Source: Glaciecola sp.
Lineage (GTDB): Bacteria > Pseudomonadota > Gammaproteobacteria > Enterobacterales > Alteromonadaceae
Length of the DNA stretch: 64,000 nt
Assembly: GCA_047637355.1 (NCBI GenBank)
Contig: JBLIKA010000004.1
Location: 21,770 to 85,769, forward strand
Direction of reading: 5' to 3'
Part shown: in pieces, positions 11,085 through 20,522 of the stretch
Position numbering within the stretch: position 1 is the first letter of the stretch
Layout of the letters: each line of letters begins with the position of its first letter
Notes under the pieces: model-generated
Told to the model about the DNA's origin: nothing
The model's database searches: none
Seen by the model: only the letters and a program-made list of their open reading frames with translations
Program-made: the position numbers and the translations under genes

Positions 11085-11396
11085 ATGGAACAAAAATATA
11101 CGAGCTTTAGTGAATTCTATCCCTATTACTTGTCAGAGCATGCAAACAGCACCTGCCGTCTATTGCATTTCATTGGCTCTTGGCTTGTTCTAGTACTTAT
11201 TGCTTATGCTGTAATGAAAAGTCATTTCGCTTTGCTCTGGTTCATTCCGGTTATTGGTTATGGGTTTGCTTGGGTAGGACATTTTTTCTATGAGCACAAT
11301 AAACCGGCTACATTTCAGTATCCATTCTATAGCCTGATGGGCGATTGGGTTATGTTTAAAGATATATTGACTGGCAAAGTATCATTGAAGAATTAG
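11085..11396 (+). CDS. DUF962 (Mpo1-like) membrane protein
   Basis: The FSEFYPYYLSEH.N..CR.LHF.G N-terminus is typical of DUF962. ATG 11085 is preceded by GGAAGAGG. The track start at 11076 is TTG. Confidence 0.75.
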   Translation: MEQKYTSFSEFYPYYLSEHANSTCRLLHFIGSWLVLVLIAYAVMKSHFALLWFIPVIGYGFAWVGHFFYEHNKPATFQYPFYSLMGDWVMFKDILTGKVSLKN

Positions 11397-11506
11397 ACTG
11401 TATTGTCTTGAGTATGACGTGTTGAATATGAAGCTTTGCGATAGTGTTTAAAACACGGCTAGATTGATAACTAGCCGCTTGATTTACTTAGCTTAACTGT
11501 TAAAGT

Positions 11507-12589
11507 TTAGCCTTTTGTTAATCTTAACACTTTACCGTTAACATCGTCCGTTAGGACATAAATACTGCCATCAGGAGCCTGCTTAACATCGCGAACACGC
11601 TCATTACGGTCCCTCAGTAGCTCCTCTTGTTCTACTACTTTGTCACCGTCCATTACCATTCTGTTTAGGTATCTAAACTTTAAAGAACCGACAAATAAGT
11701 TACCTTTCCACTCAGGGAACTCGTCACCCGTGTAGAAGGCCATTCCGCTTGGAGCGATAGAAGGTGCCCAATAAGTTAGCGGCTGACGCATCGCATCCAT
11801 TTCAGTAACATCGGTAATTGAACTACCATCGTAATTTACGCCATAGGTAATTGTAGGCCAGCCGTAGTTATCGCCGTTCTCTAAAATATTAACTTCATCA
11901 CCGCCTTTTGGCCCATGTTCATGAGTCCAAACTTTACCACTAGTGGGATGCAATGCCATTCCTTGCACGTTACGATGACCATAACTGAATATTTCAGGAG
12001 CTTTACCGGCTAAAAATGGATTATCCGTTGGCACAGAGCCATCATCGTTTACTCTAACCACAACACCAAAATGATTACTGGTTAGTTGTGCATCATCTTG
12101 TTTTGTTCTGTCGCCCAATGAAATGAATAATTTTTTGTCGTTATCAAAAGCAAGTCGGCAACCAAAATGATGAGCTGTATCTACTTTTGGCTTGGCAACA
12201 AAAATCTCTTTTACATTTTGCAGTTTATTGCTGACTAACTTACCACGATAAACCTCACTGCCTCTTACGTCGCCGTTAGCTATAGATAAGCAAACATATA
12301 CCCACTTATTTTCCGCAAAGTCAGGATGCAGAGCCACGCCTAACAATCCACCTTGTCCGACGACTGAGGCTTCAGGCAAACCGCTAATCGGCAAACTTAA
12401 CTCACCACCTTTTGAAAGTAAGCGCAAACCACCAGCACGTTCAGTTAACAATGCATCGCCGTTGCTCATGAAAGCGATACTCCAGGGATTTTTCAATCCA
12501 CTAGCAAGCTCTTCAACTTTAATTTCAGTAGCAACAGCAAAAGGTGAAATAGCAGTAAAAATTGTCGCGGTAATCAGCGTTCTAAACAT
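11507..12589 (-). CDS. PQQ-dependent soluble sugar (aldose) dehydrogenase, YliI-like, secreted
   Basis: Signal peptide. GLKNPWSIAF, GGLLGVALHPDF and YGHRNVQG motifs of the glucose/sorbosone dehydrogenase beta-propeller family. Confidence 0.85.
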   Translation of the reverse strand: MFRTLITATIFTAISPFAVATEIKVEELASGLKNPWSIAFMSNGDALLTERAGGLRLLSKGGELSLPISGLPEASVVGQGGLLGVALHPDFAENKWVYVCLSIANGDVRGSEVYRGKLVSNKLQNVKEIFVAKPKVDTAHHFGCRLAFDNDKKLFISLGDRTKQDDAQLTSNHFGVVVRVNDDGSVPTDNPFLAGKAPEIFSYGHRNVQGMALHPTSGKVWTHEHGPKGGDEVNILENGDNYGWPTITYGVNYDGSSITDVTEMDAMRQPLTYWAPSIAPSGMAFYTGDEFPEWKGNLFVGSLKFRYLNRMVMDGDKVVEQEELLRDRNERVRDVKQAPDGSIYVLTDDVNGKVLRLTKG

Positions 12590-12602
12590 AAATCTTATCT
12601 CG

Positions 12603-12647
12603 TTTTAAATAAAGCTGAATGATACAAACATAGTGTATCGATTCAGC
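12603..12647 (-). terminator. Rho-independent terminator after dps
   Basis: The minus-strand RNA reads GCUGAAU(C)GAUAC-loop-GUAUCAUUCAGC followed by UUUAUUU. The stem is 12 bp with one bulge. Confidence 0.55.
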
Positions 12648-12706
12648 ACATTCAACCGGCTCAATCGCAGTTCACGATGAGCTATATTTTTAATTAATTT
12701 GTAATT

Positions 12707-13174
12707 TTAAAGAGTTGCTCGCAGCATCCAAGCGGTCTTTTCATGCGCTCGCATACGATCGCCAATTAAAGATGCACTTGATTCATCATCAGCCTGCTGA
12801 GCAATTTTTAACACAGCTCTAGAAGTACGAACTACCGTTTCATGCGCTTGCATTAAAATATTAACCATCTCAGTAGCTTCCGGCACACCGTCAACTTCTT
12901 TAACACTGCTTAATTCAGCAAAGGCTCTGTAAGTAGCTGGTGCAGCAAAACCTAGCGTTCTAATTCTTTCTGCGATTTCATCTACCGCCAGCGCGAGTTC
13001 AGTATAATGTTCCTCAAACATCAAATGTAATTCACGAAATTGTGAACCTGTTACATTCCAATGAAAGTTGTGCGTTTGCAAGTACAGAGTGTATGAGTCC
13101 GCTAACAACTTTTTTAAACCTTGAGCGATTTCTTCTCTGCTAACTTCGCTTATACCTATATCTATTTGACTCAT
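12707..13174 (-). CDS. dps: DNA starvation/stationary-phase protection protein (Dps ferritin-like)
   Basis: [21 protein letters not shown] ferroxidase-site region. ATG 13174 is preceded by GGAG. A longer form from ATG 13198 is possible. Confidence 0.92.
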   Translation of the reverse strand: MSQIDIGISEVSREEIAQGLKKLLADSYTLYLQTHNFHWNVTGSQFRELHLMFEEHYTELALAVDEIAERIRTLGFAAPATYRAFAELSSVKEVDGVPEATEMVNILMQAHETVVRTSRAVLKIAQQADDESSASLIGDRMRAHEKTAWMLRATL

Positions 13175-13200
13175 TTCATTTTCTCCAATGTTGTTCATAT

Positions 13201-13680
13201 TTATCGAGCATCTTTTACTTCAATCGGAACTCGCATTACTTTGTTTTTTTCGAATATCAAAGACAACACAAAGTTCTCACCTCTCGACAGCGGCTTTTCG
13301 AGATCTACTAGCATAATGTGCTTCCCACCAGTCAAGAATTCAAGGCTCGAGCCTGCAGAAATTTCAAAACCATCCTCAGCTTCGCGCATCAGCATCATTT
13401 CATCTTGCATTAATATTTCATGCAACTGAGCATCACTTGCAACAGAAGGATCAACGCTGACAGATAAGAGCTTGATGTCGTTTTTACTTTGGTTGTCTAT
13501 ACTCAAATAAACTGCACCTGTTTTGGCTAACGCAAACGTTGCTCGTGCCCAGGCATTCTCGACCGTGACTTTGCCTTTTGCCTGTTCGTGTTCGTGTTCG
13601 TGTGCACAGAGGTTGGCTGAGTTAGCTAGTAAAATCACGCTAATAAAAAAAGCAAATAATATTTTATTGAACTGAAACAT
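13201..13680 (-). CDS. Periplasmic copper chaperone, PCu(A)C family (DUF461)
   Basis: Signal peptide. VENAWARAT...GAVYLSI.N......LL.V.....S.AQLHE...........GGKHIML..L..PL..GE.F.L.L.F is the PCuAC pattern. HEHEHE follows the signal peptide. Confidence 0.85.
   Translation of the reverse strand: MFQFNKILFAFFISVILLANSANLCAHEHEHEQAKGKVTVENAWARATFALAKTGAVYLSIDNQSKNDIKLLSVSVDPSVASDAQLHEILMQDEMMLMREAEDGFEISAGSSLEFLTGGKHIMLVDLEKPLSRGENFVLSLIFEKNKVMRVPIEVKDAR
13584..13604. repeat. Tandem hexanucleotide repeat (GTTCGT)x3.5 encoding the (His-Glu)3 tract of the PCuAC protein
   Basis: Read directly: gttcgtgttcgtgttcgtgtg. The 6-nt unit equals two codons, so slippage would stay in frame. Confidence 0.9.
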
Positions 13681-13911
13681 GAGGACATCCTTTTAATATC
13701 AGTTATTTTAGTATTGAAAATAACACCTACAGCACACATAATCTGACAATGTGAGCTTATTTTTTGTGTTAATGCTTGCAAGCTATTGTAACGAGCAGCC
13801 TTATAGCAAAATAGCATGTGTAATTAACAACAATGATAGCACCCAAATTGCATTCCTCCCGTATTCCGTATGCATACGATAAGGGACTGCAAGACCACAA
13901 TAGGATTTAAT

Positions 13912-14610
13912 ATGACAGATTTAGCAAAAAAGACCATCCTGATGGTGATTACATCACATGATAAGTTGGGCATCACGTTAGAAAAAACGGGTTTCTGGGT
14001 TGAAGAATTTGCAGCACCGTATTACGTTTTCAAAAAGGCAGGATTCAATATTATTTTAGCGAGCCCATCAGGCGGCCAGCCCCCTATAGACCCAAAGAGT
14101 GAGCTCGCTGACTTTCAAACTGAACATACTAGAAAGTTCAACAAAGATGAAAAAGCAAAAGTAAAACTCGCCAATACTATAAAACTTAGCGACATTGACT
14201 TTGACCAAGTGGACGCCATTTTTTACCCGGGTGGCCATGGGCCACTTTGGGATTTAGTCGACAACCAAGATTCAATTTCATTGATTGAGAGCTCAATTAA
14301 ATATAAACAGCCGATTGCGGCTGTTTGTCACGCCAGCGCTGTGTTGTTAAATGCGAAAAATCAGCAAGGAGAGTCAGTCGTTAAAGGAAAAATGGTAACC
14401 GGTTTCAGTAACAGTGAAGAAGAGGCTGTTGAGCTTTCTCTAGTTGTCCCGTTCTTATTAGAGGATGCGCTGCAAGCAAAAGGCGGTATTTACCAAAAAG
14501 GCGATGATTGGGCTTCATTTGTGATTGAAGATGGTTTAATTATTACAGGACAAAACCCCGCTAGCTCAGTAGCCGCGGCAGAAAAATTAGTGAGCAGGTT
14601 AAACGCATAA
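13912..14610 (+). CDS. DJ-1/PfpI (class I glutamine amidotransferase-like) family protein
   Basis: ILMV.TSHD..G....TG.W.EE...PY, the nucleophile elbow AAVCHASAVL, and ITGQNPASS at the C-terminus. ATG 13912 has AGGA 7 nt upstream. Confidence 0.85.
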   Translation: MTDLAKKTILMVITSHDKLGITLEKTGFWVEEFAAPYYVFKKAGFNIILASPSGGQPPIDPKSELADFQTEHTRKFNKDEKAKVKLANTIKLSDIDFDQVDAIFYPGGHGPLWDLVDNQDSISLIESSIKYKQPIAAVCHASAVLLNAKNQQGESVVKGKMVTGFSNSEEEAVELSLVVPFLLEDALQAKGGIYQKGDDWASFVIEDGLIITGQNPASSVAAAEKLVSRLNA

Positions 14611-14759
14611 GTCCCTCTACTTTGCCCAGACATATATTATGTTCATGCTCGGCGTAGTGGTTTGAAGCGCCCAGCACATTGCATAGATCAGCTATAGCGT
14701 CTATGCTTTCTGCATTCTAGAACGAGTCTTTAACTAGCACTTTCTAACAGGCAAACACT

Positions 14760-15266
14760 ATGATCGAGTTTTCATTAAACGGTAAAAAAATCACATCCGA
14801 TGCCGAGGCCGATACACCCTTGTTGTGGGTCATTCGCGACGAATTCGGTTTGAAAGGCACTAAGTTTGGCTGCGGTATAGCTATGTGTGGCGCATGCACA
14901 GTGCATTTAAACGGCTCGCCCGTGCGTTCGTGTTCGCTTCCTATTAGCGTTGTCGCTAACGCTGACATCCGCACAATTGAAGGTCTGGAAGACCAACATC
15001 CATTGCAAAAAGCGTGGATCGAGCATCAAGTGCCACAATGTGGCTACTGCCAGTCAGGGCAAATTATGCAAGCATCTGCGTTGCTCGCAACCAACGCAAA
15101 CCCAAGCGAAGATGAAATCGTTGCTTATATGAGCGGTAACTTATGTCGCTGTATGACCTATTCACGAATAAAAGCAGCCATTCAAGATGTCGCAACACAA
15201 TCAGACTCAGTGGTTCAGATTTACAACCCGAAGACAGAAGCACAACGCACTCAGGGAGTAAGTTAA
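14760..15266 (+). CDS. iorA: (2Fe-2S)-binding small subunit of a molybdopterin aldehyde/isoquinoline oxidoreductase (IorA-like)
   Basis: [11 protein letters not shown] and [11 protein letters not shown]...CRC cysteine clusters. Confidence 0.9.
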   Translation: MIEFSLNGKKITSDAEADTPLLWVIRDEFGLKGTKFGCGIAMCGACTVHLNGSPVRSCSLPISVVANADIRTIEGLEDQHPLQKAWIEHQVPQCGYCQSGQIMQASALLATNANPSEDEIVAYMSGNLCRCMTYSRIKAAIQDVATQSDSVVQIYNPKTEAQRTQGVS

Positions 15267-15267
15267 G

Positions 15268-17556
15268 ATGACCAAATTTAGCAAAGACGCCTTCGAACAA
15301 AGTCGCCGCAGTTTTTTAATTGGCTCAATTGGTGGTGGCTTAATGATGGCATTTGCCCCTAACATCAGCGCACTGGAAGTTGCCTCCGGGGGCGCAGTAA
15401 AACAGCTTAAAGATAAGTTATTTAGCCCGACAGTGTGGTTTGAAATTGATACCAATGGGATGATTTTGGTCAATATAGCGCGCGCGGAAATGGGCCAACA
15501 TGTGGGTACAGCGATTGCCCGTATTGTTGCTGACGAACTAGGCGCCGATTGGCAGAATGTCGAAATTAAGCATGTTGATACTGACCCTAAATGGGGCTAT
15601 ATGGTGACGGGTGGCTCTTGGTCGATATTTCAAACATATGTACCTATGTCTCAAGCTGGCGCCGCAGGGAGAACTGCGCTAATTGAGGCTGGAGCCAGAT
15701 TACTCGGCGTCAATCCTCAAGACTGTAAGACAGAAAACAGTATGGTAGTAGCAGGCAGTAAATCAGTTGGTTTTGGAGAAGTAGTCAAAGACGGCAAAAT
15801 AGACCGCGTGTTTAGCGCGGATGAATTGGCACAATTTCAACCAAAGAATCCCGCAACCCGTCAATTAATATCCAAGCCTAGCAAAGCGTTAGACATTCCC
15901 GCTAAAACCAATGGTAGTGCGAAATACGGAATCGATGTTGAACTAGAAAACATGGTTTATGCACGTCCTATAATACCGCCGACTCGTCATGGCAGTGTAG
16001 TCAAAAGTGTAGACGACAGTGCTGCGAAGAAAGTAAAAGGCTATCAAGGTTATCAAATACTCAAAGATCCTAGCGACACAGTGCAAGGTTGGGTAAGCGT
16101 ATTAGCCGACAGTTATTACGGCGCCGTTAAAGCAGGTAACGCGCTTCAGGTTGAGTACGACCTAGGCGAAACAGCTAATGTTAGCGAGCAAGATATTATC
16201 GCCATAGGTGAGACGCTTGCTAAAGATAAGACATCAGGCACTTTAGTAGTTGACGAAGGTGATGTAACAAAGGTTGCAGAATCTGCAAAAACATCCCTTG
16301 AGTCCATATATCGGACTTCGTCTGTATTACATTTTGCACTTGAGCCTGTTAATGCCGCGGTAGAGATCATCGACGGAGTGTGTCACGTGCATTGCGGTAA
16401 TCAGTGGCAATCATTATTTTTACCTGTGGTTGCCAAGGCGATGGGTATGGCTGAAGACAAAATTATTATTCATCAGTATTATTTAGGTGGCGGTTTCGGT
16501 CGTCGCTTAATGGGCGATTACATGATACCTGCGGCCTTAACTGCTCAGGCTATCGGTAAGCCAGTTAAACTTGTATTCACACGTGAAGATGACTCGCGTT
16601 TTGATTCTGTGCGCTCGCCTTCTGTACAACAGATGAGTGCTTATTGGGACGCTGACGGAAAGTTGCTAGGTATTGAACATGGCGCAGCGGCAGGTTGGCC
16701 TACCTTGGCAGTAGCACCAGGATTTATGCCTGAGGGCGTCGATAAAAATGGCAAGTATGACCCGTTTTCGATTTCCGGTGCTAACCATTGGTACACACTA
16801 GAAAATCATAGAGTGCGTGCGATTAACAATCCGCTAGCACAAAAAACCTTCGTTCCCGGTTTCTTAAGAGCTGTAGGCCCGGGTTGGACAGGCTGGGCAG
16901 TTGAGTCTTTTATGGACGAAATAGCACATAAGCAAAATGTTGATCCAATCGATTTTCGCTTATCTCTGCTCGATGCTAGCGGCAAAAATGCGGGTGTATC
17001 ACCAGTTTCTGTTGGCGGCGCGAGACGTTTAGCCAAGGTCTTAACAGAAATCCGTGAGAAAGCTGACTGGGGTCGTACGCTGCCGAAAAATCAAGGATTG
17101 GGCATTGCAATTTCAGCTGGACAAGAACGCGATATGCCAACTTGGGGAGCCTGCGTTGCTCACGTTGAAGTCGACCCAGAGACAGGTGCAGTGAAGGTAC
17201 ACAAATTGACAGGCCTTTTAGATTGCGGAACGGTAGTGCATCCCGACGGCGCATTATCTCAAACCGAAGGGTCTATGCTGTGGGGGATGAGCTTAGCCTT
17301 ATTTGAAGGTACTGCTTTTGAAAAAGGTCAAGTAAAAGACAATAATCTAAATACCTACACGCCGCTTAGAATGAATAACCTACCTATATTGGATATCAAT
17401 TTTGTGCAAAACACAGAATTTCCAACTGGGCTAGGTGAGCCAGGCTTGATTGCAGTGGCACCTGCGATTGCAAATGCAATCTTTAATGCCGTAGGTGCAA
17501 GAGTCAGAGACTTACCTATTCGTCCTGAAGCTATATTAGCCGCCATGCCGAGCTAA
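15268..17556 (+). CDS. iorB: Molybdopterin-binding large subunit (IorB-like) with a Tat signal
   Basis: SRRSFLIGS twin-arginine signal. GGGFGRR and the xanthine-dehydrogenase-family Moco-binding pattern. The start lies 1 nt after the iorA stop. Confidence 0.9.
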   Translation: MTKFSKDAFEQSRRSFLIGSIGGGLMMAFAPNISALEVASGGAVKQLKDKLFSPTVWFEIDTNGMILVNIARAEMGQHVGTAIARIVADELGADWQNVEIKHVDTDPKWGYMVTGGSWSIFQTYVPMSQAGAAGRTALIEAGARLLGVNPQDCKTENSMVVAGSKSVGFGEVVKDGKIDRVFSADELAQFQPKNPATRQLISKPSKALDIPAKTNGSAKYGIDVELENMVYARPIIPPTRHGSVVKSVDDSAAKKVKGYQGYQILKDPSDTVQGWVSVLADSYYGAVKAGNALQVEYDLGETANVSEQDIIAIGETLAKDKTSGTLVVDEGDVTKVAESAKTSLESIYRTSSVLHFALEPVNAAVEIIDGVCHVHCGNQWQSLFLPVVAKAMGMAEDKIIIHQYYLGGGFGRRLMGDYMIPAALTAQAIGKPVKLVFTREDDSRFDSVRSPSVQQMSAYWDADGKLLGIEHGAAAGWPTLAVAPGFMPEGVDKNGKYDPFSISGANHWYTLENHRVRAINNPLAQKTFVPGFLRAVGPGWTGWAVESFMDEIAHKQNVDPIDFRLSLLDASGKNAGVSPVSVGGARRLAKVLTEIREKADWGRTLPKNQGLGIAISAGQERDMPTWGACVAHVEVDPETGAVKVHKLTGLLDCGTVVHPDGALSQTEGSMLWGMSLALFEGTAFEKGQVKDNNLNTYTPLRMNNLPILDINFVQNTEFPTGLGEPGLIAVAPAIANAIFNAVGARVRDLPIRPEAILAAMPS

Positions 17557-17658
17557 GCTTTTTAGTGGCGTTTTATCCATAAGGGTAAGCGTCACAAACA
17601 TCATTTATTTAAACGAGTTAGCTAACACCTTGGCAGCATTAACACCACCAACTTATTT

Positions 17659-17692
17659 AAAAGGAATCTGATTTTAAAACCAGATTCCTTTT
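17659..17692 (+). terminator. Terminator hairpin after iorB (34-bp near-perfect palindrome)
   Basis: AAAAGGAATCTG-attttaaaac-CAGATTCCTTTT. The 12-bp stem ends in a U4 run. Confidence 0.55.
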
Positions 17693-17720
17693 AGTGATAC
17701 ATTTTTTTAAAGAATTCACC

Positions 17721-18563
17721 ATGAAAAACCTATTTTTAGCTGTAACCTACAGTATCTTATTACTCAGCGCTGCGGTTGCATTTGCTGATAATAGTGACCT
17801 GAACACCGTAGCTACTTTCGAAGCACAACAACCACCAGGCAACATTACTATTACCCCATCAGGCAGAAAATTTTATCAATACATGAATTTTATGGGCAAA
17901 AGCAAAAAATCATGGCGCTTTTGAGTGACGGCACGACAATTCCATACCCGAATAAAGAGTGGGCTTGCGCGAACAATAAAGGTAAAGATTTTTATGGTGT
18001 GCTAGGAATTAATGTATCCGCCGAAGGTGTTTTATGGATGCTCGATACATCAGGTCCGGATCATGCAGGCCGATTAGTAAGTTGGGATACTAATAACGAG
18101 CAGTTGTATAAAATTATTTATTTATCGAAGTCAACTATTACTGACACCTCATTTTTAAACGAATTAGTCATTGATAATAAACATGGGCATATCTACATAG
18201 CCGATACGGCACAGAGTAACCAAGCCGCAATTATTAGCGTAAATATTAAAAGCGGTGCAGCGTTATGGCACAAATCCAATTTCTGATGGCATTATTGTCG
18301 ATGGTGGAGGTAACGTATATGTAACGGATATTACTAACGGTGCTATTGGTGTAGTGAAGCCAAGTGGCAATTATGAAATTTTATTTACGGATGAGCGCCT
18401 TGTGTGGCCTGATGGTTTTAGTTATGGAGCCGATCATAAAACTTACGTCACTGTTAATAAACTTCACCGCTCCCCACCTCTCAATAATGGTGAAGACGCC
18501 AGCCAAGGTAAATTTAGTGTACTTTCCTTTACCCCCTTAGTGAAAGGCAAAGTAGCCCGTTAA
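17721..18563 (+). pseudogene. Disrupted major-royal-jelly/yellow-like (L-dopachrome-tautomerase-related) secreted beta-propeller gene, with two frame changes and a probable internal deletion
   Basis: Three consecutive ORFs in three frames (17694-17924, 17912-18286, 18255-18563) together spell one family member: signal peptide, ITITPSGR, LWMLDTSGP, HIYIADT, SDGIIVDGGGNVYVTD, WPDGFSYG, VTVNKLHRSP. The first shift is at the gaaaatttt run at 17866-17874. The second junction is at 18243-18286. Confidence 0.75.
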
Positions 18564-18582
18564 AGTTAACCAACCTATAGAT

Positions 18583-18610
18583 AAAAAAAGCCCTAACCGA
18601 GGTTAGGGCT
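18583..18610 (-). terminator. Rho-independent terminator after tRNA-Thr
   Basis: AGCCCTAA-ccgagg-TTAGGGCT stem. On the minus strand it is followed by U7. Confidence 0.7.
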
Positions 18611-18618
18611 TGAATGAA

Positions 18619-18694
<76 letters not shown>

Positions 18695-18734
18695 ACACTA
18701 AACCTAGGCCCATTCAGGTACATGGGCGATGCGT

Positions 18735-18762
18735 ATTCTATGGATACAGCGTTGATTGTCAA
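18735..18762 (-). promoter_or_regulatory. Sigma-70 promoter for tRNA-Thr
   Basis: The minus strand reads TTGACA-16 nt-TAGAAT followed by a GC-rich discriminator (ACGCATCGCCC), about 40 nt upstream of the mature tRNA 5' end. Confidence 0.7.
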
Positions 18763-18778
18763 GCCAATATTACTAATT

Positions 18779-19918
18779 TCAGCTTTTTTCCAAACGTATT
18801 GCTTCACCTTCCAATTTTGGAAAATGCTCAACCGGTACGAACTCCATTAGTTGCTTCAGTTTCGCACCCAAATTAGCATGTGAACTTGCAATAACATTGA
18901 TATGGCCCATCTTACGCTTAATCCGAACTTCTTTGCCGTACCAATGCAAATGAGTATTGGGAATACCGATTAAGTCGCGGTTAATTGTCGAGCAGCCTAT
19001 TACATTAACCATTGCACTTACGCCAATAAGCTCGGTACTGCCCAATGGCAAGCCCAGAACAGCTCTAATATGTTGTTCAAATTGACTTGTAGCACAACCT
19101 TGTTGAGTCCAATGACCGGAGTTATGCACACGCGGGGCTATTTCGTTAACGTATAGCTCGTCACCACACTGAAACAATTCAACCGCTAACACGCCAACAT
19201 AGTCCATTGACGTTGCTAGCGTTTCAAAAATATTATTGGCTTTTTGCTGCAAAGCATCGGTGAGCTTAGTGATAGGCGCAACTGACACATGCAACTGTCC
19301 TTCGTGGTGTAAATTTTCAGCTAGACTAAAACAAGCGACTTGTCCGTCTTTACTTCTCGCACCGACTAAGGATATTTCACGGTCAAATTGCATCATTCTT
19401 TCGGCAATCAACGGAACTTTTTCTAAGTCGAGTAATGAAAATTCTTCACGTAGAGGCGCTAATTCTGAGGCTGAGGCGATCCGCCACTGGCCATAGCCAT
19501 CATAACCATCGCGACTTGCTTTAAAGATGACTTTCTCGCCCAAGCGAGCAACGACATCACGCAGTTGGTCGACATGGCTAATAATCAAATATTCGCAGTT
19601 AGGGATATTATTCTTGCTCAGGAGCGCTTTTTCTCTGACGCGATCCCCACCAGCTAAAATAGAAGCCATATTAGGGAATAGTTTACCGCTTTTTTGCGCA
19701 TCTAATAATAGGTGTTCAGGCACGTGCTCAAATTCAACGGTGATCGCATTTGCGTCTTGTATCGCATCACACAACGAAACCCCAGTTGCTTTTTTTGAAA
19801 GCGGATTAACCACCGTTTCGGTAACAACATCAACGGCACTCACAATTATACCGAGCGATGCAGCAGCCAAATACATCATTTGTGCAAGTTGCCCAGAACC
19901 GTAAACTAAAACTCTCAA
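18779..19918 (-). CDS. purK: N5-carboxyaminoimidazole ribonucleotide synthase
   Basis: ATP-grasp protein collinear with E. coli PurK ([26 protein letters not shown]). Its TTG start overlaps the purE stop (TTGA). Confidence 0.95.
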   Translation of the reverse strand: MRVLVYGSGQLAQMMYLAAASLGIIVSAVDVVTETVVNPLSKKATGVSLCDAIQDANAITVEFEHVPEHLLLDAQKSGKLFPNMASILAGGDRVREKALLSKNNIPNCEYLIISHVDQLRDVVARLGEKVIFKASRDGYDGYGQWRIASASELAPLREEFSLLDLEKVPLIAERMMQFDREISLVGARSKDGQVACFSLAENLHHEGQLHVSVAPITKLTDALQQKANNIFETLATSMDYVGVLAVELFQCGDELYVNEIAPRVHNSGHWTQQGCATSQFEQHIRAVLGLPLGSTELIGVSAMVNVIGCSTINRDLIGIPNTHLHWYGKEVRIKRKMGHINVIASSHANLGAKLKQLMEFVPVEHFPKLEGEAIRLEKS

Positions 19919-20406
19919 ACGTCTAATTCCAAGGTTTGGTTATTCGCAACAGTGTCAGTTTGTTTTTGTCTAAATGCAATAATCGCAGCTCTCACTGTCG
20001 GCTCTTGCAAAGCAATAACCTGAGCAGCGAGCAACCCCGCATTAGCAGCACCTGCCTCGCCAATAGCAAGCGTTCCGACTGCAACACCTTTAGGCATTTG
20101 AACGATAGAAAGGAGTGAATCTAAACCGTTGAGTTGACTAGACCGAACAGGACAACCAAAAACAGGGAGATGGGTGTGAGCTGCAATCATACCAGGTAAG
20201 TGAGCTGCGCCACCGGCACCAGCAATAATCACTTGCACACCTTTATCTGCTGCATTTTCAGCAAATTCGACTAATAAATTTGGGGTACGATGAGCTGAAA
20301 CAACCTTTGCTTCATATGAAACACCTAGCTCTTTTAGCATAAGTGCTGCTTTTTGCATTGTAGGCCAATCGGATTTTGAACCCATTATAATTGCAACTTG
20401 CGCCAT
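19915..20406 (-). CDS. purE: N5-carboxyaminoimidazole ribonucleotide mutase
   Basis: [14 protein letters not shown]...VSAHRTP...[10 protein letters not shown] motifs. ATG 20406 is preferred over the upstream GTG at 20418. Confidence 0.96.
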   Translation of the reverse strand: MAQVAIIMGSKSDWPTMQKAALMLKELGVSYEAKVVSAHRTPNLLVEFAENAADKGVQVIIAGAGGAAHLPGMIAAHTHLPVFGCPVRSSQLNGLDSLLSIVQMPKGVAVGTLAIGEAGAANAGLLAAQVIALQEPTVRAAIIAFRQKQTDTVANNQTLELDV

Positions 20407-20434
20407 TTTAATCACCACTTCAATCGGTTAGGGC

Positions 20435-20452
20435 TATCAAATCAATTTGATA
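20435..20452. promoter_or_regulatory. 18-bp palindrome TATCAAAT-CA-ATTTGATA just upstream of purE; candidate operator
   Basis: Read directly: perfect 8-bp arms, 29 nt upstream of the purE ATG and just downstream of the preceding terminator. Confidence 0.3.
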
Positions 20453-20466
20453 TTTTTTCTAGCCAT

Positions 20467-20505
20467 TAAAAAAGCACGATATTATACGCAATATCGTGCT
20501 TTTTT
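20467..20505 (-). terminator. Rho-independent terminator after the M20 amidohydrolase gene
   Basis: AGCACGATATT-6 nt-AATATCGTGCT (11-bp stem) flanked by A and T runs. Confidence 0.75.
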
Positions 20506-20522
20506 ATATAAAAACTTTCTGC

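Noticed and set aside
17694-18563. Three separate small genes, or programmed frameshifting, in the MRJP-like region
   Set aside because: The pieces are contiguous segments of one known domain. There are two frame changes in different directions plus missing central sequence. No slippery heptamer with a downstream structure of the kind used for programmed shifts was seen. A pseudogene is the simplest reading.
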